Below the pieces are notes generated by a model. The model worked only from the letters and a program-made list of their open reading frames with translations. It made no database searches and was not told the origin of the DNA. The position numbers and the translations under genes were made by a program. Below, one piece after another: positions 46,889 to 61,232 of a stretch of DNA of 64,000 nt. The DNA is from Burkholderiales bacterium (lineage in GTDB: Bacteria > Pseudomonadota > Gammaproteobacteria > Burkholderiales > SG8-39). Each line of letters starts with the position of its first letter. The first letter of the stretch is position 1. The DNA lies in the NCBI GenBank assembly GCA_050741515.1, contig JBOIFD010000414.1:14599-78598 (forward strand). The letters run 5' to 3'.

Positions 46889-46975
46889 GCGCGGCCAGGG
46901 GTGGATGCTGCGGCGCGATACGCGCGCCGGTAAAATAGCCTTTTCCGGCGCATGCGGCAACCCGGCGGACACGGC

Positions 46976-49351
46976 ATGGCGACCAGCGACTACGTGGTGC
47001 GATTCGAGGACCTGCGCATCGGCGACGTCCCGCGCGTCGGCGGCAAGAACGCGTCGCTCGGCGAGATGATCGGCAACCTGGCATCGCGGGGGATCCGGGT
47101 ACCGGCCGGGTTTGCGACGACGGCCGCGGCGTATCGGGGGTTTCTCGACGGCGCCGGCCTCACGCGGCGGATCGAGGACCGGCTCCGGGCGCTCGACCCG
47201 GACGACGTCGCGGCGCTGGCGCGGTGCGGCGCCGCGATCCGGGAATGGATCGTCGCTGCGCCGCTCCCGCCGGGCCTGGAAGCGGCGATCGCCGCCGCCT
47301 ATCGCACGCTCATGGCGGAGGGCGATTCGCCGGTGGCAGTGCGCTCGAGCGCGACGGCGGAGGATCTGCCCGACGCCTCCTTCGCCGGGCAGCAGGAGAC
47401 GTTCCTCAACGTCGCGGGCCTCGCCGGCGTGCTCGCGGCGGTCCGGCACGTGTTCGCTTCCCTGTACAACGATCGCGCGATCTCCTACCGCGCGCACAAG
47501 GGGTTCGCCCACGGCGAGGTCGCGCTGTCGGCGGGCGTGCAGCGGATGATCCGCAGCGATCTCGCCGCGAGCGGCGTGATGTTCACGCTCGACACCGAGT
47601 CGGGGTTCCGCGGCGTGGTCTTCATCACCGCGTCCTACGGGCTCGGCGAGACCATCGTTCAGGGCGCGGTGAACCCCGACGAGTTCTACGTGCACAAGCC
47701 GATGCTCGCGGCCGGGAAGTTTCCCGTCATCCGGCGCAGCCTCGGATCGAAGCTCGTCAAGCTCGTGTATGCGCCCGACGGCGATGCGCGCTCGACCGTG
47801 ACGGCGGATGTCCCGGAACCGGATCGCCATCGCTTCTGCATCACCGATGCCGACGCGATCGAGCTCGCGCGCTTGGCCGTGGAGATCGAGCGGCACTACG
47901 ACCGTCCGATGGACATCGAGTGGGGAAAAGACGGTGTCGACGGCAGGCTCTACGTCCTGCAGGCGCGGCCGGAGACGGTCAGGGGCCAGGCCGGCCAGGC
48001 CGGTCACGAGGCCCAGGAGCATTACCGGCTCAAGGCACGGTCGCGCGTACTGGTGTCGGGCCGCGCGATCGGCCACAAGATCGGGGTCGGTCCGGTGCGC
48101 CTCGTGCCGGACGCCTCGGAGATGGCGCTGGTCCAGGCCGGCGACGTGCTCGTCACCGACATGACCGACCCGAGCTGGGAGCCGGTGATGAAGCGCGCGG
48201 CCGCGATCGTGACCAACCGCGGCGGCCGGACCTGCCACGCCGCGATCATTGCGCGCGAGCTCGGCATTCCGGCCGTGGTCGGATGCGGCGACGCCACCAG
48301 GCGGCTCCCGGACCGTGCCGCGGTGACGGTCTCGTGCGCCGAAGGCGACACGGGCAGCGTGTACGAAGGCGCCCTGGCGATCGAGGTGACGAGGCAGCGC
48401 CTGACCGAGATGCCGCGCATTCCGGTCAAGATCAGCATGAACGTCGGCAACCCGCAGCTCGCGTTCGACCTGCAGGCGCTCCCGAACGCCGGCGTCGGGC
48501 TCGCCCGCCTCGAGTTCGTGATCAACAACATGATCGGCGTCCATCCAAAGGCGGTCCTGGAGTACCCGGACCTGCCCGACGAGCTGAAGCGTGCGGTCGA
48601 ATCGGCCGCGCGCGGATACTCGAGCCCGCGGGCGTTCTACGTCGAGAAGCTGGCCGAGGGGGTAGCCACGATCGCGGCCGCCTTCTGGCCGAAGCCGGTG
48701 ATCGTGCGGCTCTCGGACTTCAAGTCGAACGAGTACCGCAAGCTCGTCGGCGGCACGCGCTACGAGCCGGAAGAGGAGAACCCGATGCTCGGGTTCCGCG
48801 GGGCGTCGCGCTATGTGGCCGAGTCGTTCCGCGACTGTTTCGCCCTCGAGTGCGAAGCGCTGCGGCGGGTGCGCGACGCGATGGGGCTGACCAACGTCGA
48901 GCTCATGGTGCCGTTCGTGCGCACCGTCGACGAGGCCCGTCGGGTGATGGCCTTGCTCGCCGCCGAAGGCCTGGAGCGCGGACGGAACGGGCTGCGGGTG
49001 GTGATGATGTGCGAGCTGCCGTCGAACGCGCTGCTCGCCGACCGGTTTCTCGAGCACTTCGACGGCTTCTCGATCGGCTCGAACGATCTCACGCAGCTCA
49101 CGCTCGGTCTCGACCGCGACTCGGGCCTGGTCGCTGAATCCTTCGACGAGCGCGATCCCGCCGTCCGGGCGCTGCTCCGGATGGCGATCCAAGCGTGCCG
49201 TCGACAGGGGAAGTACGTGGGCATCTGCGGGCAGGGCCCTTCCGACCATCCCGACCTCGCGCTCTGGCTCGCGCAGGAGGGTATCGAGAGCCTGTCGCTC
49301 AACCCCGACACCGTAGTCGACACTTGGCTCGAGCTGGCCAAAGCGGCGTAG
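46976..49351 (+). CDS. ppsA: Phosphoenolpyruvate synthase
   Basis: The ATG at 46976 gives [31 protein letters not shown]. It has the phosphohistidine motif [24 protein letters not shown] and a C-terminal PEP-utilising TIM domain. Confidence 0.95.
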   Translation: MATSDYVVRFEDLRIGDVPRVGGKNASLGEMIGNLASRGIRVPAGFATTAAAYRGFLDGAGLTRRIEDRLRALDPDDVAALARCGAAIREWIVAAPLPPGLEAAIAAAYRTLMAEGDSPVAVRSSATAEDLPDASFAGQQETFLNVAGLAGVLAAVRHVFASLYNDRAISYRAHKGFAHGEVALSAGVQRMIRSDLAASGVMFTLDTESGFRGVVFITASYGLGETIVQGAVNPDEFYVHKPMLAAGKFPVIRRSLGSKLVKLVYAPDGDARSTVTADVPEPDRHRFCITDADAIELARLAVEIERHYDRPMDIEWGKDGVDGRLYVLQARPETVRGQAGQAGHEAQEHYRLKARSRVLVSGRAIGHKIGVGPVRLVPDASEMALVQAGDVLVTDMTDPSWEPVMKRAAAIVTNRGGRTCHAAIIARELGIPAVVGCGDATRRLPDRAAVTVSCAEGDTGSVYEGALAIEVTRQRLTEMPRIPVKISMNVGNPQLAFDLQALPNAGVGLARLEFVINNMIGVHPKAVLEYPDLPDELKRAVESAARGYSSPRAFYVEKLAEGVATIAAAFWPKPVIVRLSDFKSNEYRKLVGGTRYEPEEENPMLGFRGASRYVAESFRDCFALECEALRRVRDAMGLTNVELMVPFVRTVDEARRVMALLAAEGLERGRNGLRVVMMCELPSNALLADRFLEHFDGFSIGSNDLTQLTLGLDRDSGLVAESFDERDPAVRALLRMAIQACRRQGKYVGICGQGPSDHPDLALWLAQEGIESLSLNPDTVVDTWLELAKAA

Positions 49352-49373
49352 CCGCCCGCCCGGGCGGCAGGCG

Positions 49374-49820
49374 CTACAGCTTTACCCGCAGCAGCCGCTG
49401 CTTCTCGCGATTCCATTCGCGCTCTTTCTCGGCCGCGCGCTTGTCGTACTGCTTCTTGCCGCGCGCGAGGCCGATCTCGAGCTTGATGCGGCCTTTCGAA
49501 TAGTGGAGATTGAGCGGCACCAACGCGTAGCCGGCGCGATCGACCTTGCCGATCAAGCGGCGGATCTCCTCGGCCCGCAGCAGGAGCTTCCGGGTGCGGG
49601 TCGGGTCGGGGTGGACGTGCGTCGAAGCGGTGGCGAGCGGGCTCACGTGCGCACCGACGAGGAACACCTCCCCGTCCTTGAGCACGACATACGCCTCCTT
49701 GAGCTGTGCCCGTCCGGCGCGGATCGCCTTGACCTCCCAGCCGGCGAGCGCGATCCCGGCCTCGTAGCGCTCCTCGACGAAGAAGTCGTGGAGGGCCTTG
49801 CGGTTCTCGACGATGCTCAC
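49374..49820 (-). CDS. smpB: SsrA-binding protein
   Basis: 148-aa ORF with [30 protein letters not shown] and a basic C-terminal tail. Confidence 0.95.
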   Translation of the reverse strand: MSIVENRKALHDFFVEERYEAGIALAGWEVKAIRAGRAQLKEAYVVLKDGEVFLVGAHVSPLATASTHVHPDPTRTRKLLLRAEEIRRLIGKVDRAGYALVPLNLHYSKGRIKLEIGLARGKKQYDKRAAEKEREWNREKQRLLRVKL

Positions 49821-49888
49821 GATCGCAGGACGGCGCGGCTGGACGGACTGAAACGATTGTAGTCGAGTCGGCGCACCTCACCCCGCGG

Positions 49889-50332
49889 ATGGTCACCGTC
49901 GAACGGCAAGCCCTCGTCCCCTACAGCGCGGCCCGAATGTACGCGCTGGTGGAGGACGTCGAGGCCTACCCCCGCTTCCTGCCCTGGTGCAGCGGCGCGG
50001 AGGTCGCGTTTCGTGACGCGCAGCGGACCGTCGCCACGCTCCACGTCGAGTACCGCGGCGTGCGGCAGCAGTTCACGACCGAGAACCGCAAGCGGCCTGG
50101 CGAGCGCATCGAGCTTGCGCTCGTCACCGGGCCGTTCCGCAGCCTGCGCGGCGAGTGGCGCTTCGTGGCGCTCGCCGCGGACGCCTGCCGGGTGGAGCTC
50201 TCGCTCGCCTACGAGCTCGGGAGCCCGCTCCTCGACCGGCTGCTCGGTCCGGCGTTTCACCACATCGCCAATACCTTCGTCGACGCCTTCGTCCGACGGG
50301 CGGAAGTGGTCGCGGCCGCGGGGCGATGCTGA
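49889..50332 (+). CDS. ratA: SRPBCC/RatA (YfjG, Coq10-like) family protein
   Basis: 147-aa ORF containing YSAARMYALVEDVEAYPRFLPWC. It shows the conserved smpB-divergent ratA-rnfH arrangement. Confidence 0.8.
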   Translation: MVTVERQALVPYSAARMYALVEDVEAYPRFLPWCSGAEVAFRDAQRTVATLHVEYRGVRQQFTTENRKRPGERIELALVTGPFRSLRGEWRFVALAADACRVELSLAYELGSPLLDRLLGPAFHHIANTFVDAFVRRAEVVAAAGRC

Positions 50333-50604
50333 AGATCGAGGTCGTCTACGCGACCCCGGGCCGGCCGGCGCGTTACGCGATCGAGCTCGAGGAAGGCGCG
50401 ACGGTCGGCGACGCCATCGCGCGGAGCGGGGCGCTCACCGAGTTCCCGGAAATCGACCTGACCCGGAACCGGGTCGGAATCCACGGTCGGCTGGTGACGC
50501 TCGGCGCGGGTCTCGGCGACGGCGACCGGGTGGAGATCCTGCGCCCCCTCGTCGCGACCCCGAAAGAGGCCCGGCGCCGCCGCGCGGCGCGGGCCGGCCG
50601 CTAG
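50326..50604 (+). CDS. rnfH: RnfH (YfjF/UPF0125) family protein
   Basis: The ATG at 50326 overlaps the ratA 3' end by 7 nt. The sequence is MLKIEVVYATPGRPARYAIELEEGATVGDAI...DGDRVEILRPL. Confidence 0.8.
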   Translation: MLKIEVVYATPGRPARYAIELEEGATVGDAIARSGALTEFPEIDLTRNRVGIHGRLVTLGAGLGDGDRVEILRPLVATPKEARRRRAARAGR

Positions 50605-50611
50605 CTCCGGG

Positions 50612-51106
50612 TCACTTGCAGCCAGCGGCAATTTCGCGCTGGAGCCGCTGGGTCTCCTGCTGGATGCCGTCGTCCTCGAGGACCTCCCGGTCGCCCTGCG
50701 CGTTGATCCTCGCGACGCGCGCGCCGGACTGGAGCCCCGAGAGCTGACGGCGCGCAGCGGCGCAGCTGGCGTCCTGAGCGCGCTTCTCCTCGGCGAGCTT
50801 CGCATCCTTGCTCGCCTTTTCCTGGGCCTCGAGGCGGCGCTTGCGAAAGTCCTGGTCCTGCTCCGCGAGCGACTTCGGTGCGCCCGCCTTCGCTGCGTCG
50901 CTGCCGGAGACCGCGGCCGAGGCGGGGGGTGACACAGTGCTCGCCCGGCCGGTGATTTTTTCCGCTTTTTGCCCGTCTGCCGGGGGCCGATCGGAGTACT
51001 GCACCTTCCCGTCCGGACCGGTGTACTTGTAGAGCTGCTGTGCGACCGACGGGGCGGCGACCAAGCCCGCGGCCGCGAGCGCGAGAAGGGTTCGGACCAG
51101 GCTCAT
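50612..51106 (-). CDS. Secreted DUF4124-like protein
   Basis: 164-aa ORF with a signal peptide (LLALAAAGLVAAPSVAQQ) followed by LYKYTGPDGKVQYSDRPP, the DUF4124 hallmark as I recall it. The C-terminal half is charged. Confidence 0.7.
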   Translation of the reverse strand: MSLVRTLLALAAAGLVAAPSVAQQLYKYTGPDGKVQYSDRPPADGQKAEKITGRASTVSPPASAAVSGSDAAKAGAPKSLAEQDQDFRKRRLEAQEKASKDAKLAEEKRAQDASCAAARRQLSGLQSGARVARINAQGDREVLEDDGIQQETQRLQREIAAGCK

Positions 51107-51189
51107 GACATTGTCCTTGGCACGGGTGGCTTGACCCTAGCCGGTTTCCCCGGGGCCGTCAATTGCGGCAGCGATCACGCTGCGGCGAA

Positions 51190-51218
51190 TTTACCGGGCT
51201 CATCGTCGCGCGTATAAT
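51190..51218 (+). promoter_or_regulatory. Putative sigma70 promoter of guaB
   Basis: The -35 is TTTACC (51190-51195) and the -10 is a perfect TATAAT (51213-51218), 17 nt apart. The -10 lies 25 nt upstream of the guaB ATG. Confidence 0.55.
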
Positions 51219-51243
51219 GCGCCTTTGCGCCGCCCATCCGGCC

Positions 51244-55223
<3,980 letters not shown>

Positions 55224-55238
<15 letters not shown>

Positions 55239-56687
55239 GATTTCGATCCGCGTCGCCCCGATCCACGCCGCGAGCGGCGCGAGGTCGCCGAGATTCTCGC
55301 CGTAAAGGAGCTTGAGGTGGGTCGCGTCGGCCTGGAGCTGGCCAAACATCGGGTCGATCGCGACCCATTGCCCGTCGATCAGGCTCTCGTTCCAGGCGTG
55401 GTAGACGAAGCCCTTCAGCTCCGCCGCGTACACGACCCCGTTGGCCACGCGAGTGGGGATGCCGCTCGCGCGTGCCAGCGCGGCGAACAGATAGGCGTGG
55501 CCCTGGCACTCGGCGCCTCCGGTCGTCAGGACGTCGAGCGCCGAGAACACGTCCGCGGGCTCCTTGCGGATGTTCCGCCCGATCCAGTCGAGCATGGCCT
55601 GCGCCTGCTCCCGCGCGGTCGGCTTGTCGGCGACGATCGACGCCGCGAGCGTTCCGATGCGCGGGTCCGTGCTCGGCACGGCGAGCGAAGGCTGGAGGTA
55701 AGTGGGCGCTGGCGGCCCGGCGGGCACGGGCACGCTCTGGAGCACGCACTCGACGGCGACGTCGACCTTGCGGCAACGTTGTCTCGCATCGCTCGGCGGC
55801 AGCGTGCCGGCCGCGGGGCTCCTGACCGAGAGCCTGAGGCTCGTGGCGGTGCGCGGCGCAGTGATCGGGGTCGCGGTCCGGATCAGCCCCAGCTCGAGCA
55901 GCGCCTCGTCCTGTCCGAGCGCGGCCCGGGCGAGATCCCGCTTCGCACGGCGCTCGTCCTCGATCCCGGCGATCAGCACCCCGTTCAGCCCGACTTCGAG
56001 CATCGGCCGGCCGAGCCGGTCGATCCAGGTGGTCGTGCGCAGGCCCTCGAGGTCGGTCGTGACCTTCCACGCCGGGCCCTCGAAGAGCGTGCTTCGCTCG
56101 TAGCCTTCGACGCGCTGCTGCACTTCTGCGAGGCGCTGCGATTCGCCGACGTAGACCGTGTAGCGATACTCGGCCCCGGGAACCAGGCCGCGCACCACCG
56201 GGATCATCCCGATCGCGCTCGCAGGATAGACGGCATCGGGTGTGGACAACACCTGCTCGCTCGTGCGCCCCGCGTTCCTCACCTTCACCCGGAGAACCCC
56301 GTCGCGCCGCACGCCGGCGAGCGCGAGCTCGGACCCGTCGATGTGATAGGCGTACTCGAACGACTCGAGCGCGAGATCAGCCTGCACCCGGTCGCGGGCG
56401 CGCAGCGCGATGCGCTTGTCGAAACCGAGGAACTTCAGGCGGAACGCGCTCTCCCCTGAGATCTCGAACGCCTCGTCGCCGCTCCCCGCGGGTCGCACCT
56501 GAACGTGCGCGTACCCGATCTTGTTCCCGTTGAAGACGATGCCGGTCCAGTACTCCTGCCAGGGCCATTCGGCGAGGCGGTGGTGCGGCGGGGCGGGCGG
56601 GGCGCCCGCATCCTGGAAGTACTGCCCGGCGCAGCCCCCAAGTGCAACCGCGAGGCCGACGACGAGCGCGCAGGCTGCGCGCCGCAT
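55224..56687 (-). CDS. Transglutaminase-like domain lipoprotein
   Basis: 487-aa ORF with a lipobox signal (LAVALGGC). The C-terminal transglutaminase core has Cys in GGAECQGHAYLFAALARASGIPTR and His in FVYHAWNE. Confidence 0.75.
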
Positions 56688-56690
56688 CGC

Positions 56691-57737
56691 TCAACCCTCG
56701 AGCGTGCGGCGGATGCCCTCGGCGGTGACCGGAGACACGACGCCGCGCTCGGTCACGATCCCGGTCACGAGCTCGGCGGGCGTGACGTCGAACGCCGGAT
56801 TCGTCACCGCCACCCCCTCGGCCGCCCAGCGCTCGCCGCGAAAGCCGGTGACCTCGGCCGCGCCGCGCTCCTCGATCGGGATCGCGCTGCCTTCCGCGAC
56901 CTTGGGGTCGATGGTGGAAAGCGGCGCGGCGACGTAGAACGGGATCCGGTGACGGGCAGCGAGAACCGCCAGCGTGTAGGTGCCGATCTTGTTCGCGACG
57001 TCGCCGTTGGCCGCGATCCGATCGGCCCCGACGACCACCACATCGACGGCGCCCCGCTGCATGAGATGGCCGGCCATGCTGTCGGTGACCAGCGTGACCG
57101 GGATTCCCTCCTGCACCATCTCCCACGCCGTGAGGCGTGCGCCCTGGAGGTAAGGGCGGGTTTCGGTCGCGACGACCGAGACCCGCTTCCCGTCGTCGCG
57201 GGCCGAGCGCACGACACCGAGCGCGGTTCCATGCCCGGCAGTGGCGAGCGCGCCGGCATTGCAGTGGGTCATGATGCGCGCCCCGTCGGCCACGAGCGCC
57301 GCGCCGTTGCGGCCGATCGCGCGGTTGACCTCGAGATCCTCGCGCTGAATCGCCTGGGCCTCCTCCGCGAGCTTCGCCGCCACCCGCTCGGGCGGCAGGC
57401 CGCGCGCCGCGTCCAGCACGCGGCGCATCCGGTCCAGGGCCCAGAACAGGTTCACGGCCGTGGGCCGGCTGGCCGCGATCTCGCCGAACGCGCTGTCGAC
57501 GGCGCGGTAGAACTCGGCGATCGAGGCAAAGGTCGGCCGGGCGGCCTCGAGCGCGACGCCGTAGGCCGCCGCGCAGCCGATCGCCGGCGCGCCGCGGACG
57601 ATCATGTCGCGGATCGCGGCGGCCACCTCGGCCGCGGTCGCGCAGGAGACGTATCCGAGCCGCTGGGGGAGCGCCCGCTGGTCGAGGAGCTCGAGGCGAT
57701 CGCCGCGCCAGCGGAGCGTCTCGATGGGTTGCGCCAC
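56691..57737 (-). CDS. mtnA: S-methyl-5-thioribose-1-phosphate isomerase
   Basis: Only the C-terminal ~348 aa of ORF 56691..58685 look real. The GTG at 57737 gives VAQPIETLRWRGDRLELLDQRALP. It has the eIF-2B-family motif VRGAPAIGCAAAYG. Confidence 0.88.
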   Translation of the reverse strand: MAQPIETLRWRGDRLELLDQRALPQRLGYVSCATAAEVAAAIRDMIVRGAPAIGCAAAYGVALEAARPTFASIAEFYRAVDSAFGEIAASRPTAVNLFWALDRMRRVLDAARGLPPERVAAKLAEEAQAIQREDLEVNRAIGRNGAALVADGARIMTHCNAGALATAGHGTALGVVRSARDDGKRVSVVATETRPYLQGARLTAWEMVQEGIPVTLVTDSMAGHLMQRGAVDVVVVGADRIAANGDVANKIGTYTLAVLAARHRIPFYVAAPLSTIDPKVAEGSAIPIEERGAAEVTGFRGERWAAEGVAVTNPAFDVTPAELVTGIVTERGVVSPVTAEGIRRTLEG

Positions 57738-57745
57738 GGGGTGAC

Positions 57746-59740
57746 CTAGATCACGCGCTCGTTGCCGCCGTCGACCGGCAGCTGCGCGCCGGTCGTCTTG
57801 GCGAACAGCGGACCGCACATCTCCGCGGCCAGCTCCGCGACGTCGCGGCTCGTCACCTCGGTCCGGAGGACGTTGTTGCTCTTGTACTGCGCGACGGTCA
57901 TGCCGTAGCGTTGCGCGCGCTCCGCGAGCACCGCGTCGGTCCACAGCCCGGTGTCGAATACCGCGTTCGGATGCAGGGTGTTCACGCGGATCCCGTCGGC
58001 ACCCCATTCCAGCGCCGCGATCCGCGCGAGCTGGTTGAGGGCCGCCTTGGAGGCGGAGTAGGCCGCCGCCCCGGGACCCGGCGCCGGGACGTTTTTGGAG
58101 CCGATGACGACGACGCGGCCACCCTGCGGCGCTCGGTTCAGGTACCCGTGGCACGCGCGCATGAGCAGGAGATTGGCGTCGAGGTTGACGCGCATCGCCG
58201 CCCGCCATTCGTCGCTCGCCAGATCCTTGATGCTGCGGCTCGCCGGGAAGATGCCGGCGTTCAGGATCAGCATGTCCAGGCCGCCGAACGCGAGCGCCGC
58301 ACGCTCCAGTGCGCTGGCGATCGCGCTTTCTTCGGTCACGTCGCAAAGGAGGCCGAGATAGTCGTCGCGCCGGTGAAGGGTTTCGACCGCGGGATTGAGA
58401 TCGAGCCCGACGACCGCGGCGCCGCGCCCGAGCAGCGCGCTCACCGCGGCCTTGCCGATTCCCGATGCCGCGCCGGTGACCCAGGCGACCTCGCCGGCGA
58501 ACGCGAGCGGCTGGCCGGCTTTCTTCAACTTCGCCTGCTCGAGATCCCAGTACTCGACGTCGAAGATGTCCTGCGCCGGCAGCGCCGCGTAGCGCTCGAG
58601 GGCCTCGGCGCGGAGGATCACGTCGATCGTATGCTCGTAGAGCTCCTCGACGACGCGCGCGTCCTTGGCGGTGCGGCCGAGGCACGCCAGGCCGAAGCGC
58701 GGGTCGACGACCACGCGCGGCGCCGGATCGAGCATGACCTTGCGCTCCCCGGCCTGCGGCTCGTGACCGGCGAAGTAATCGCGGTACGCCGCGACGAACC
58801 TTTCGACGTCGTCGCCGAGCATCGGGACGCGCTTCGTCCGGATCACGTGGTCGGGTGTGGCCGGGCCCTGCTGCGAGATGCGTCTCACGTCGCGATGCCG
58901 CGCGAATGCCAGCGTCTGCGCCGTCGTGCTAGTCCGCAGGAGCAGCGGGAACCCGGCCACGGCCGAGATCCGTCGGCGCAGGTCGGCGAGGTCCAACCCG
59001 GTGATCTCGGGCGCCGCGGCCGTGGGCGGGAGCACGACGTCCCAGGCCCGCTTTCGGGTGAGGTATGCCTCCGCGCGTCCGACCAGGTCGAGCATGCGCT
59101 CGTAGGACTCCCGCGCGCTCTCGCCGAACGAGAAGATGCCGTGCTTCATCAGCACCACGCCGGTCGTCCGCGGCGTCGCCGCCCGCGCGAACTCGCGCGC
59201 CACGCGCTGGGCGAGGTCGAACCCCGGCATGAGATAGGGAATGACGACGACCGCGTCGCCATAGACCTCGCGGATGCGCGCTTCGCCGCCGGGCGTATTC
59301 GTGATCGCGAGGACCGCGTCCGCGTGAGTGTGGTCCACGAACTTGAACGGCATGCACCCGTGGAGGATCGTCTCGATCGACGGCGCCGGGGCCGACGCCC
59401 GGACCATGTGGGTGACGAGCTCGTTGACCATGTCCGGGTCGGACAGGCGTTCGAGCCCGGCGAGCTTGCGCACGTGGTCGAGCCGCACCGGGGAGAACCC
59501 GGCCGGCTCGATCGACTCGAGGTCCCAGCCGCTGCCCTTGACGTACAGGATCGCCTCGTCCTCGCCGAAGCGGTTGCGCTCCGAGATCTTCACCGATGTG
59601 TTGCCGCCGCCGTGCAGGACGAGCGACTTGTCGCGTCCGAGCAGCCGCGAGGTGTACACGCGCTGCGCAAGGTCGCCGGTGAAAGCGGCGGCTTCGGCGT
59701 CCTGCCAGAGACTCTGCATCGAAAGTATTATAGCGGCCAC
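57746..59740 (-). CDS. Bifunctional class II aldolase/adducin-domain + short-chain dehydrogenase protein
   Basis: 664-aa ORF. The N-terminal ~400 aa are of the class II aldolase type (VLHGGGNTSVKI...VKGSGWDL...FVDHTHADAV). The C-terminal SDR has VTGAASGIGKAAV and the YxxxK motif YSASKAAL. The start is GTG at 59740 with GGAGG upstream, or ATG at 59719. Confidence 0.8.
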   Translation of the reverse strand: MAAIILSMQSLWQDAEAAAFTGDLAQRVYTSRLLGRDKSLVLHGGGNTSVKISERNRFGEDEAILYVKGSGWDLESIEPAGFSPVRLDHVRKLAGLERLSDPDMVNELVTHMVRASAPAPSIETILHGCMPFKFVDHTHADAVLAITNTPGGEARIREVYGDAVVVIPYLMPGFDLAQRVAREFARAATPRTTGVVLMKHGIFSFGESARESYERMLDLVGRAEAYLTRKRAWDVVLPPTAAAPEITGLDLADLRRRISAVAGFPLLLRTSTTAQTLAFARHRDVRRISQQGPATPDHVIRTKRVPMLGDDVERFVAAYRDYFAGHEPQAGERKVMLDPAPRVVVDPRFGLACLGRTAKDARVVEELYEHTIDVILRAEALERYAALPAQDIFDVEYWDLEQAKLKKAGQPLAFAGEVAWVTGAASGIGKAAVSALLGRGAAVVGLDLNPAVETLHRRDDYLGLLCDVTEESAIASALERAALAFGGLDMLILNAGIFPASRSIKDLASDEWRAAMRVNLDANLLLMRACHGYLNRAPQGGRVVVIGSKNVPAPGPGAAAYSASKAALNQLARIAALEWGADGIRVNTLHPNAVFDTGLWTDAVLAERAQRYGMTVAQYKSNNVLRTEVTSRDVAELAAEMCGPLFAKTTGAQLPVDGGNERVI

Positions 59741-59760
59741 ACCCTCTCATCCTCCCGCCG

Positions 59761-60189
59761 ATGCGCGAAGTGTCGGTTCGAATTCTCGCCTGGCCCGATG
59801 CGGAGACCGACGCGATGCGCGTCCGGGACGCGGTGTTCGTCGTCGAGCAGGGCGTGCCCCGCGAGATCGAGCGCGACGCCTGGGATCAGTGCTCCGATCA
59901 TGCGCTCGCCCTCGACCGCGACGGCCGGGTCGTGGGTACTGGACGCCTGCTGCCGGACGGCCACATCGGCCGGATGGCGGTGCTGCGGGAATGGCGCGGG
60001 CACGGGATCGGCGGCCGCATCCTCGGCGCGCTCGTGGCTTGTGCGCGGGAGCGGGGGATGAAACGAGTCGTCCTCAATGCCCAGACGCACGCGGCGCCGT
60101 TTTACGCCGGTCACGGATTCGCCGCGTTCGGCGACGAGTTCATGGAAGCGGGCATCCCGCACGTTGCGATGGCGCGCGAGATCAGCTGA
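59761..60189 (+). CDS. GNAT-family N-acetyltransferase
   Basis: 142-aa ORF with the acetyl-CoA-binding motif VLREWRGHGIGGRILGAL and the end of the GNAT fold NAQTHAAPFYAGHGF. Confidence 0.8.
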   Translation: MREVSVRILAWPDAETDAMRVRDAVFVVEQGVPREIERDAWDQCSDHALALDRDGRVVGTGRLLPDGHIGRMAVLREWRGHGIGGRILGALVACARERGMKRVVLNAQTHAAPFYAGHGFAAFGDEFMEAGIPHVAMAREIS

Positions 60190-60943
60190 TCACGAAGCGC
60201 TCCCGGACGGTCGACTGCTCCCGGCCGTGCTCGTCGAACGAGCGCTCGGCAATGGAAACCTCGCCTTCGGCGCCGATCAGGAGCGCGGTCGACGAACGCG
60301 TGCCATAGCCGTCGGCGACGACGCGAAGCGCGGACAGCTTCCGTTCCCACTCGTTGCCGACTCCGGTGCGCGGGAGCGCCTCGTCCGGCGCGGTGCGCGG
60401 GTCGTCCAGCAGGGCGAGCAACGCGTCCTCGTCCACGCGGTCATCGAGCCGCTCGGCGAGGCGCGCCTTCCCCAGCCGGACCTTGGGCCACGGCACGTCG
60501 AGAAGGTTGTTCGACAGGCCGTAGACGCCCGGCTCCAGGCTGCGGACCTCGCCCTCGCGGTTGGACAAGTAGCAGAGCGACGCGCCGTCGCCGACCAGCA
60601 GGCCGAAGCCGTTGTAGGACGCCGCGTCGCGCCGCAAGCGCTCGAGGTAGGACGCCGGTGTGACGCGCGCGCGCAGGAAGTCGCTGACCAGCCGACCGCG
60701 GGAGGGCGCGTCGGGACGATGGTTCCCCGGTTCACGAAAATTGGTGATCGCCGCGAACCGGCCGGTCGTCGTGACCCCGAGCCAGGTACCCCGGTGTTCT
60801 AGATCGCGGCCGGCGAAGATCTCGGGGGCGTCGGCCCAGAAGGCGGCCGAGGCCGTCGGCCGCCGGAACCACTCGTCGCGATTCGCGGCCACGACCAGCC
60901 GATACGCCGGGTGCGCGCGGTGGGCGAAGAGGATCAGGCACAT
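60182..60943 (-). CDS. NRDE-family (TANGO2/DUF833-like) protein
   Basis: I place the start at the ATG at 60943, giving MCLILFAHRAHPAYRLVVAANRDEW. This provides the N-terminal Cys and the NRDE motif. Confidence 0.8.
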   Translation of the reverse strand: MCLILFAHRAHPAYRLVVAANRDEWFRRPTASAAFWADAPEIFAGRDLEHRGTWLGVTTTGRFAAITNFREPGNHRPDAPSRGRLVSDFLRARVTPASYLERLRRDAASYNGFGLLVGDGASLCYLSNREGEVRSLEPGVYGLSNNLLDVPWPKVRLGKARLAERLDDRVDEDALLALLDDPRTAPDEALPRTGVGNEWERKLSALRVVADGYGTRSSTALLIGAEGEVSIAERSFDEHGREQSTVRERFVIS

Positions 60944-60950
60944 CCGGAGG

Positions 60951-61232
60951 TCAGTCGGCGGTGAAGCGCTCGACGTGCCGCTCGGCGCCCGCCTGGAGCA
61001 GCGCACGCACCCCGAACCGTTCCACACACGCGGTGAGCTCCCGTTCGAAGCGCTCGGGATCCGCGACGTCCGCGTAGACTTCCATCCACGTCGTGCGGTC
61101 GTCGACCCGGCTGAGCAGTCGCCCGGCGACGCCGGTGGCTTCGGCCAGCGCCGTTTGCATGGCGGTCACCACGGCGCGGATCCGCGCGACGTCGGCAGCA
61201 GTCCGGTAGTAGATGTAGTAGCTGTGCTTCAA
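60951..61232 (-). CDS. Small conserved hypothetical protein (DUF4936-like)
   Basis: 93-aa ORF starting MKHSYYIYYR..., with good GC3 coding signal. The family assignment is from memory only. Its start overlaps the ygfZ stop by 4 nt. Confidence 0.6.
   Translation of the reverse strand: MKHSYYIYYRTAADVARIRAVVTAMQTALAEATGVAGRLLSRVDDRTTWMEVYADVADPERFERELTACVERFGVRALLQAGAERHVERFTAD

Noticed and set aside
46924-46951. Inverted repeat GCGCCGG-N14-CCGGCGC in the ppsR/ppsA divergent spacer, with TAAAAT in the loop
   Set aside because: It is plausibly just a promoter -10 flanked by GC-rich sequence. I have no second copy or known operator consensus to tie it to, so I did not raise it as a finding.
46889-49249. 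N-terminal ~790 aa of the 1062-aa minus-strand ORF 46061..49249
   Set aside because: Only the last 275 codons (ppsR) look like a real protein. The rest is antisense to ppsA, which has unmistakable PEP synthase motifs.
49352-49373. GC-rich near-palindrome between the convergent ppsA and smpB ends, as a bidirectional terminator
   Set aside because: The stem leaves a loop of only about 2 nt, and there is no U/A tract on either side. I judged it too weak to call.
49889-50604. ratA-rnfH as a toxin-antitoxin or defence module
   Set aside because: This pair next to smpB is a conserved housekeeping arrangement. RatA-family proteins are SRPBCC/Coq10-like, and nothing in the sequence suggests a mobile or defence context.
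57738-58685. N-terminal extension of ORF 56691..58685 (664 aa)
   Set aside because: The extension is an out-of-frame overlap with the aldolase/SDR gene on the same strand. MtnA-like sequence only begins at the GTG at 57737.
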